Positions 55,630 to 64,000 of a DNA stretch of 64,000 bases are shown piece by piece. Every line of letters starts with the position of its first letter. The first letter of the stretch is position 1. Made by a program: the position numbers and the translations under genes. This stretch comes from Craspedostauros australis. Lineage: Eukaryota. The DNA lies in contig JALAGF010005657.1 in the NCBI GenBank assembly GCA_030167865.1, positions 1 to 64,000 of the forward strand, given 5' to 3'. The notes under the pieces were generated by a model. The model saw only the letters and a program-made list of their open reading frames with translations. It ran no database searches and was not told where the DNA came from.

Positions 55630-56395
55630 GATGGGCTAAGTGCGATGTGCGATTGGTACTCTGTCTGCTTCGGCGGTCGTCGCTTCTCTGCTATTTTTGT
55701 GTTGACTGTGTGAGTTGCGAACTGGAAGTTGTAATGTTGCTGTTGGGCAGTGACGGAATGGACCGTTTCTCTTGTTGCCCCTTCCACGATGTGCGTGTTG
55801 ATCGTGCGCGTGTTGATCGTGTGCATGCGATCATGTGCGCAAACGAGGGGGAGAAACAAGCACTCGAGTGACGATGGCAAAGAACGGTATCCGTATCCTT
55901 GGGACATGCGAAAGATTCGATCCTGTTGCGTTCATTTTCGCGTTCTCGATCCTCGATGAAGTGGTCATTTGAGTCGATTTCATCCAGAAGGGGAGAACCG
56001 ATCCTCCCGCCATTCCCGGTTGCGAACTATGAGCGATGAGTAGATGCTCGCTGACTTTGGCACTTCCCCAATTTGCCCTGTGTTCGAAGGCTACGGCAAC
56101 ACTCGTACCTCGTAGGTTGGTTGCGGAGCCTTCCAGAATAGAGCACTCTGCTGCACTTCGATTTGCATTGCCTCGCATACCATGCCTGGGCGTTGCCAAC
56201 TCACCAAAGTATTTCAAGGCGCTGACCAGAACACGCAAAGTCCTCGCTGGGTTCTAATTCAAGAAAAGATGGCATGTTGTGGTCGAGTAGCACCCTGTCC
56301 TCCATTACCCCATGCCATGCCACACTCGCAGACTATCGTTGTTATGCTTTCCAACGACCATACGCAGGATTGGCGTTCGGGCAAGCGCTCACTCC

Positions 56396-57937
56396 CTATT
56401 CAGCTGGCAAACACAGCTTTCGTTCGTCGGAAAACTCGCACAGCCAAAATTCCTGCTTGAAAATATTCCCTGTTCCAGCCACATGAGAAAAGCTGCGATG
56501 CTGTCGTATGAACTCGACCTTTGCCTCCGAAATGGGAAAAGCTCTCTGCGGATTGATGAATGGCCCATTCTTCACGGCTGGGCGTTCGAAGCAGCAGCTG
56601 CTCGTCATCAGGTCCGGCACATCGTGAATCGTCCGTTCTCCATTCAGGTAGGCTTTGTCGTAGTTCTTCTTCCACCGTTGCACCGTGTCCGCAGAGACGT
56701 CTGGAGGGATCGAAAACGGCTGCCCTCGATGAGGAATGATGACTGGTGCGGCATTCTTCTTGGCATGCCTTGGATCAGGTTCTTGTAACGTGTGCCGCAG
56801 GAGGTAGTGTACATTGCGCATATGCGGCAACTCGTCGGACTCCGTGTAGTACACGAAATCGAAGTCGTCCTGGCTATACACGCCTTTCTGAAAGAGCGTC
56901 TTTGCTGTGACCGATGTGCCGTAGGTGATGTGATCAAACGAACGCAGATCCTTCATCAGCTGCACATCGTACAAGTACTGATTGAGACCGCTGTGTTGTG
57001 TGACGTACTCGTAATCCAATGGGTGTCCCACAAACACGGCCACGTTGGGGAATATTGACGCAACAGTCTTGATCGTCATGTTCAAGAACAACTGACTCCT
57101 TCGTTGTGATGGGCCCTTGCTGTCTCCCGCAAAGTACGCCACGATTGCCAATGTGTGCCCGTTCCGTTGTTTTGAGGGGTTGTTGTAGAACTGATTCTGC
57201 TCGTAATCATCCTGCATGACCTCCAGCAGCTTGATGGTATCATTCCGCAGCTCTTCGCCTTTGCCCGTCACCCTCTCGTAGTAGGACAGATGATGCACGA
57301 AGAAATCGAACATGTCCACTGCCTGCAGATTCCAATTGTCGATGCTCATCGCGATGTGACCGTATTCCAGATTGATCTTGTCGGCTGTGAAGAGGTGATC
57401 GGTGGAGATTCGCTCGGTCTTCAGCAAACCGTCAACGGTCGTCAGCCATGCCGCAGAGTAGCCACCACTCCGTTGTTCTCTGGTCATGCCTGCGAATTTC
57501 TCAGTTCTGTTGGTGCCTTCATCGATGGGTGGTACATTCCGTGACGAAGACTGGAAGGTGTTCATATGAACTGTGCCATCCTCCTTGTCATGAAACGAAA
57601 CTCCCCGTCCATTGAGAAGGTCATCCTTGGTGTATCCCACGACGATCCGTTGCGATCTTGGCCCTTGTGCGAAATCATGGATGGTATCGAATGGTGGCAT
57701 CTTGAACATGTCTGACCATCCAGATGGTTGGCTTGATTGTTGCAAGGATGAGTCTGCGATGTGCTGCCACATGGCCGTCGTCATGATGTCGTCATGGACC
57801 TCAAAGATGGCGGACGCAATACGCAGTGACCACAACTGAATGCCGACCACCGCACACGCAAGACCAAGGAGGACCTTGGTAGTTACTCCCATCGGAGGGG
57901 TTTTCTTTGCCTGTCGCTTCAAGCCGGTAGCGTTCAT
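56396..57937 (-). CDS. Type II membrane protein of unknown function (glycosyltransferase-like?), tandem copy A
   Basis: N-terminal TM helix, luminal domain with FVYYTESDE; close paralog of the next gene. Likely ATG at 57937. Confidence 0.8.
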   Translation of the reverse strand: MNATGLKRQAKKTPPMGVTTKVLLGLACAVVGIQLWSLRIASAIFEVHDDIMTTAMWQHIADSSLQQSSQPSGWSDMFKMPPFDTIHDFAQGPRSQRIVVGYTKDDLLNGRGVSFHDKEDGTVHMNTFQSSSRNVPPIDEGTNRTEKFAGMTREQRSGGYSAAWLTTVDGLLKTERISTDHLFTADKINLEYGHIAMSIDNWNLQAVDMFDFFVHHLSYYERVTGKGEELRNDTIKLLEVMQDDYEQNQFYNNPSKQRNGHTLAIVAYFAGDSKGPSQRRSQLFLNMTIKTVASIFPNVAVFVGHPLDYEYVTQHSGLNQYLYDVQLMKDLRSFDHITYGTSVTAKTLFQKGVYSQDDFDFVYYTESDELPHMRNVHYLLRHTLQEPDPRHAKKNAAPVIIPHRGQPFSIPPDVSADTVQRWKKNYDKAYLNGERTIHDVPDLMTSSCCFERPAVKNGPFINPQRAFPISEAKVEFIRQHRSFSHVAGTGNIFKQEFWLCEFSDERKLCLPAE

Positions 57938-58684
57938 GGTTGCTGACAGAGCGGTGCTGTGCCGTTTCTTTGGCAGACGATCGAGCAGCCCCGCGTTGCT
58001 GCTTGGGGACGATGGCGGAGACACTGCATGCAATGCGATGTGATGCGACGTGATGTGGTGGGTGGCAATACTCTGGTGATGAGGTACGAGCAATGTGTTG
58101 TTGTTGTGTGTGTTGGTGGTGATTGTGGTGTGTTCGTTTTTCTTCGTTGTGTCTCCAGTCATTTCCGACTTCTCGACTCAGGTGTTTGCCGACTGAAACG
58201 ACAGTTTCTCCAATTGCAGCAAATTCAAGGTGAAGCAGGAAAATTGAAGAATTGTTGGACGAAAAATACATTTTCGTGCAGGCAGAAAGTCAAAAATCAA
58301 TCGCAATATACGTTAGTAGACGTTAAATTAAGTCGTTTCAAAATAGAGGAGTGATACTGTTGGCGCCTTGCCTGCTGTTCGGTGGGTGAAATCCAGTTTG
58401 TGTTGGTGGATCGAATGTCGAATTTGACACCTCACAGACAGCCGATGATCAACTTGTCGCTATCACGAAGACAACCTATTATACCTCTCTGGAGAGCTGG
58501 CACCTTCTGCAGCTGTCTCCCTCCGGAGAGACAGCGTGACAGTATTCAAAAGCACGAGGACTCGTTCCATAGCAGGCGCAGGATATCAATCTTTCGAGAG
58601 AGAGAGAGAGAGAGAATACTCCAAAGCAGACTATTCTCCTGCGACATTCATTCTACCCGCCTGTGCCCCACCTCCAGCTTCGTT

Positions 58685-60271
58685 TCAAGTGGTTGTGCCA
58701 CCTTCTTCAGACGATAGGCACATTTCGCGCTCTGCCGAAAAACGACATGTGAAGAACGATTTCGCGAACACGTCCCCCGTGCCGGCCACATGAGAGAAGC
58801 TGCGGTGCTGCCGTATCAGCTCGACGTCCGACTCGACAAGGGGGAAGAACTTCTGCGGATTGATGAATGGTCCATTCTTTTCGGCTGGGCGTTCGAAGCA
58901 GCAGCTGCTCGTCGTCAGGTCCGGCACATTGTGTATCGTCCGTTTGCCATTCAGGTACGCCACGTCGTAGCTGCTCTTGTGTCCCCTCGCTGTTTTTTCG
59001 GATACATCCGGGGGTATTGAAATCGGCTGTCCTCGATGAGGAATGATGACGGTTGCGGCATTCTTCTGGACATGCCTTTGATCAGGTTCTTGCAACGTGT
59101 GCCGCAGGAGGTAGTGCACATTGCGCATGTGCGGCAATTCATCAGCTTCTGTGTAGTACACGAAATCGAATTCGTCCCTGCTGTACACGCCTTGCTGGAA
59201 ATATGTCTTTGCTGTGACTGTTGTGCCGTAGGTGATGTGACTGAACGAACTCAGATTCTTCATCAGCTGCACATCGTACAAGTACTGATTGAGACCGCTG
59301 TGTTGGGTGACGTACTCGTAATCCAGTGGGTGCCCCACAAATACGGCGACGTTGGGGAATACGGACGCAACAGTCTTTACCGTCATGTTCAAGAACAGGT
59401 GGCTTCTCCGTAACGGCGGACCCTTGCTGTCTCCCGCGAAGTACGCCACGATTGCCAATGTGTGCCCGTTCCGTTGTTTCGAGGGGTTGTTGTAGAACTG
59501 ATTCTGCTCGTAATCATCCTGCATGACCTCCAGCAGCTTGATGGTGTCGTCGCGAAGCGCATCGCTCTTGCCGGTTACCTTCTCGTAGTAGGACAGATGA
59601 TGCACGAAGAAATCGAACATGTCCACTGCCTGCAGATTCCAGTTTCTGAAACTCATCGCGAAGTGGCCAAGCTCCAAGTTGATGTTGCCTTGCACGTACA
59701 GACGATGGGTAGAGATACGGTCAGTCTTCAGCAAGCCGTCAACGGTCGTCAGCCATGCCGCAGAGTAGCCACCACTCCGTTGTTCTCTGGTCATGCCTGC
59801 GAATTTCTCAGTGATATTGGTGCCTTCATCGATGGGTGGTACATTCCGTGACGAAGACTGGAAGGTGTTCATATGAACTGTGCCATCCTCCTTGTCATGA
59901 AACGAGACTCCCCGTCCATTGAGAAGATCGTCCTTGGTGTATCCCACGACAATCCGCTGTGACCTTGGCCCTTGGGTGAAATCATGGACGGTATCGAATG
60001 GTGGCATCTTGAACATGTCTGACCATCCAGATGGTTGGCTTGATTGTTGCAAAGATGAGTCTGCTATGTGCTGCCACATGGCCGTCGTCATGATGTCGTC
60101 ATGGACCTCGAAGATGGCAGATACAAAGCTGAGAGACCATAATTGTGCGCCCACAAGCACGGCCACAAAGCCAAACACAATCTTCAGGATGGGCACAGCT
60201 TGACTGTTCAGACTTGATTGTTGTCGGTTGTCCCGCTGTCTTGGACGATGAGTCGCGTTGTTGGCAGCCAT
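58685..60271 (-). CDS. Type II membrane protein of unknown function (glycosyltransferase-like?), tandem copy B
   Basis: 528-aa ORF, collinear with copy A at an offset of about 2.3 kb; FVYYTEADE. Confidence 0.82.
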   Translation of the reverse strand: MAANNATHRPRQRDNRQQSSLNSQAVPILKIVFGFVAVLVGAQLWSLSFVSAIFEVHDDIMTTAMWQHIADSSLQQSSQPSGWSDMFKMPPFDTVHDFTQGPRSQRIVVGYTKDDLLNGRGVSFHDKEDGTVHMNTFQSSSRNVPPIDEGTNITEKFAGMTREQRSGGYSAAWLTTVDGLLKTDRISTHRLYVQGNINLELGHFAMSFRNWNLQAVDMFDFFVHHLSYYEKVTGKSDALRDDTIKLLEVMQDDYEQNQFYNNPSKQRNGHTLAIVAYFAGDSKGPPLRRSHLFLNMTVKTVASVFPNVAVFVGHPLDYEYVTQHSGLNQYLYDVQLMKNLSSFSHITYGTTVTAKTYFQQGVYSRDEFDFVYYTEADELPHMRNVHYLLRHTLQEPDQRHVQKNAATVIIPHRGQPISIPPDVSEKTARGHKSSYDVAYLNGKRTIHNVPDLTTSSCCFERPAEKNGPFINPQKFFPLVESDVELIRQHRSFSHVAGTGDVFAKSFFTCRFSAEREMCLSSEEGGTTT

Positions 60272-60840
60272 GGGTGTTGCGGTAATCAGGGGGGATGATA
60301 CGGTCGGCGATGGAAGAGGTTGTTACTCATACACTGAGTTCTCGCTTGCGCTTTGTGGTTGTGGAGAAACAGGAGCGAAGTGAATGGTTCGGAAAGCGTT
60401 GCTGTGGGAATGACAAGGGAGGCACCAGCCGTCGGGTTTCCCTGTGTTTGTGTGGAAGATTTGTTGGTGGCCGAACGCACACAAGGCGAACAAAAGCGGG
60501 ATTCTCTTCGATTCGTTTGATCGGATGGTTTGGGTGAATCGAAGGCTTCTGCAGGAGTGCTCTGGAAGATGTACGACTATGTACCCATGCATGTAGTCCT
60601 GCGAGGATCCTCTCTAGAGTCCTTCACACTCCCATGGCACCATACGAGCTACAGGTACGAATAGGCAGGAATGGGTACGATTGGAGGCTAACGAGTACGC
60701 GCTCAATGGTGGGTACATGGAACTAGAGAGGTGGGCACGTGGGCATATACATGTTCTCGTACATGCGGTCAGTCTCTCTCTCTCCCCAACGCTCCAGATA
60801 GAAGTACCCAGCCGTAGGTTACATACGAGGGCCATACGAT

Positions 60841-62506
60841 CTACTCTTCGAACTCCACAATTTTGAATTCTTCAGACACCACCGCGGATGATTCATAGTC
60901 TGCAAAGGTGCCCAGCACGGTCCGGATCTGCCCAGACGATTGCGACACGTAGTGGACCCTGCGTTCCAAGTGCATCCCGACTTCGGCTGGTTGCTTCGTG
61001 TTGCCTTCGGCACCTTTGTTGATTGCTGCGCCGGAGGCATTGATGAGACGTCCCAGCGTGTCCGGAGTGGGCGAAGTGACGATGAGGCAAGCCGGAAGCT
61101 CCCTGTCCTTCTCGCAGCCTTGGTTGATGCCATCGAACAGGTGTCTCAGGACCAGAATGGATGTGCTGGATATTGTTCTGCAGTGGACTCCGCCCAGGAA
61201 TCCCAGCTCGTCGTCACCATCGGTCTTCACCTCATTCGCATCCTTTTCATCTTCGTCTTCGTCGGCGCTGGTTGGTAAAGATCCCAAGTACTTGCGGTCC
61301 TCCACGTTCGCTTCAGTGTAGCTCTGCAAGTAAAACAGAAGCATATTCGCGGCCACATTCACAGTCAAGTCAGAGGTCGTAGTTGTAGTCGTCGTCGTAG
61401 TCGCAGTTGTGGTTGGGGATGTAGTGAAAGCATGCAAAATGTAGAACACCATCACATTTAGATGTGTTAACATCGACATGGTGAGTGCGTTGTAACAGCA
61501 TGATGCAGCGAAAAAGAGTGCATCACAGACACAGAACAGAAGAGGCGCACAGGAAATACAACGGCACCGTACTCACCGCCACGGTCAGCCTCCACATCTG
61601 GTCCAGCAAGTCCTGCGGCATGCTCCCCTCGCGTGAATAGTACACGAGTCGGAATGATTCTCCACCGCCAATGTTTGGCCCCAACGCTGGTGCTGCTTGC
61701 GCCATTGAAGACCCAAGGATCGTGAGAATCGTCCAAAGGATGTCGAGCTTGCCGTTGGCGTACACGCAAAAATCGGAGCACAGATTGTCGCACATTGTCA
61801 GACGTCCTTGCGTAGGTCTTGCAGTTCGGTCGCTGCCATCTCCCACTGCTGATTTGGCTTTGCGATTCACGGCCCTGGTCATCAGCACCTTGGTCTTCGG
61901 GAGCAGGAGGATGTCATTCTCCATCAGCTTGATCCAATCTGATGATCTGACCCTCGCTCGCAACCGAAACTGGTACCTCTCGAAGTTGACCATGTCGAAG
62001 AACCTATCTGTATCCTTGCGCCGAAGCGTGTCGCAGTAATTGATCAACGACGCGATGCGCAGGTCGAGCCCAACCTCGTTCGCAGCATCCTGCAGCTCGT
62101 TGAACATCTTCGGGTTCTGCTCGATCCACGTGCTCCCGGTTGCAAGCAGCTCGATGATCCGGCGCGTCGTCGACAGTGACCAGCTGCTTTTCCGAATCAC
62201 GCGGCTGCTTTCCTCCGCAAGGATCACGCGGAAGTGACGCGAGTGCTGCAGCACCGTGGCGCTTTGGGCTGCCGCGACGAACACCATCGTGCCACCCTCG
62301 CACTCGATGCCGAAGTCGGAGCTGCCGGATTCCTGCCCCCCGTCGCTGTCAGAGCCTGACAAATCGGTGTCGTCTCCATTTCCGTACTTTGATCCAGGAG
62401 CGTGTTCGCTATGATCCATCGTGGCAGACTTTGAGACGCTTATGTTGATGTCTCTCTTCCAGAATGCACGCAGACCGCGGCGCTCATTCGACGTCTCACC
62501 CTTCAT
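60841..62506 (-). CDS. Uncharacterised protein, 2 exons (intron 61576-61324); start uncertain
   Basis: Two ORFs with coding-like bias, joined in frame by GCG|GTGAGT…TTGCAG|AGC. No recognisable domain. Confidence 0.65.
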
Positions 62507-64000
62507 TATCGACGACAAAGCTCGAGAGTACGGAAGAGATGTTCCAGCTATTGCGCGTTTTTGAAGTGTCTACCTTTGCTATTGAGTGTGGATGCTGAGC
62601 AAGATGTGAACGAAAGCGTGGATGTAAATGCGGACACGAGTCTGGACATGAATGAAGAGTCAATGTTTGAGGGTGCACTCGCTTCGGTGTCTCCGGAAGC
62701 AAGGGAAGAGATATACTGTTACTTAGCACAAACCTGAATAGAAGTTGGCTTGGAAGTCTTGGCTTCGATAGCGAGGAGAATGACAACAGCAACGACGATG
62801 GCGCCAACGATGGTGGCTCGGATGTCGTGGAGATAGCGAGGGAACTGTGTATTGGTGATGGCCACTGGGCCACACGGCGACAAAGAACACGAGTCTCGAC
62901 AACTTCATACGCTCCTCTCAAGAGCCTCTTGGGCCACTTGCCTGAGATCGGCACCGGAATCGTACTGCAGTGGCGGTGGTGACAGTAGTGACAGGAGTGA
63001 CGGTAGCGACAGTGTCGGCAGTCTTGGCGATGTTGATGTCAGTCCTTCCAGCTCTTGTTCGTCCTGGCAGTCGTTTGGTCGGTTCGTGCAGATCCATCCC
63101 AGTCCCCGAATGCATTTAGACCATGAGATGTTCCCAACAAGACTGAGTTGCCTCAGCGGAACTCTTCGTAAGATTGCAAGCATACACGAGCTCCTCAGTC
63201 TCGGCACCAATCATACTGATGTGTGGCGTTGTCGCCATCCCAACATCGTTTGCAGCGGGTGGAGTGTTGATGTGTGCGCCCTGTTTGCCAGATTGCAAGA
63301 TCGGCGTGTCTTTCGAGCTCAACAAAAATGTGACTTGTTGCGACATTTTTGTCAGCGACGAAAGGTGGAGGTATCGTGTGAAGGGTGTCGATGGTATCTT
63401 CTTCGACAAAATTAACTATTGAAGCGACTAGGTTGAGACGTATTCTCGCGACTTGCGAAAATCGTAAAACTCAACGGTCACGCGATTTCCATTTCTCGTC
63501 ACATTTTCCGGTCCTGTCCCTCTTGTCTGTCCACAAACATCACATCGAATGCGAGTGTAGAGTGCAGAGTAGAGCAGGAGACTCCATACCATCGCCAACT
63601 CTACAAACGGCCCAATAGATGCTTTCGACGCACGTGCCGATTCGATTCGTAGACAGTTTTGAGAATCAGAGCCATCTGTCGAACTTCGCAGAGTTGCCAT
63701 CCCATACTGCCATTCTTTCAACTTCTTCCATCGAAACATCGCAGCAAAGTACTACAATTTTACCACCGACCACATTCAATCCCATACTAGCAACATCTTC
63801 GACAGCATCCCTGCCCAATCGCATACGCATTCGCATTCACAATCGCAACATCTACAATCACCATGACGAGCCAATTCCTGAAGGCACTGTGGCTTCTTTG
63901 CGCCTGCGTCCTCACAGCAGCGAGCCAAAGAGTCACGGTGCTGCCACGTTTCTCTTTGTCCATGACGCTCGATCGATCGGATTTCGACAGGCAAATATTC

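Noticed and set aside
62852..64000. Short ORFs at the window end
   Set aside because: No domain evidence; cannot be supported.

Overview
Eukaryotic nuclear DNA, most likely a pennate diatom. This is inferred from a CoDi-type Ty1/copia element, a bipartite 'AEAF' plastid-targeting signal, short GT-AG introns and diatom-type orphan gene families. The left end (1-2505, minus strand) is the 5' part of a copia LTR retrotransposon. Its gag and pol are in the same frame, separated by a single TGA in a CAA-CCA (CARYYA) readthrough context. Its primer-binding site matches the anticodon arm of tRNA-Lys(CUU), suggesting half-tRNA priming, and its LTR appears to truncate a host ORF. The rest is gene-dense host sequence of about 20 genes: a coiled-coil protein, a domesticated BED-hAT transposase, a group XII sPLA2-like pseudoenzyme, a membrane RBR E3 ligase, a LarA-family (nickel-pincer) racemase/epimerase, a 5-exon MDP1 phosphatase, a fascin-like beta-trefoil protein, a Trf4/PAPD5-like polymerase, a plastid LON-N-domain protein, an SGNH/PC-esterase-like protein, a bacterial-type Pta, RsfS/MALSU1, a PAS-like protein, an MFS transporter, an FG-GAP protein, an MLO protein fused to a four-EF-hand calmodulin-like domain, a tandem paralog pair and unknown proteins. 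All calls come from manual motif reading; no database searches were run.
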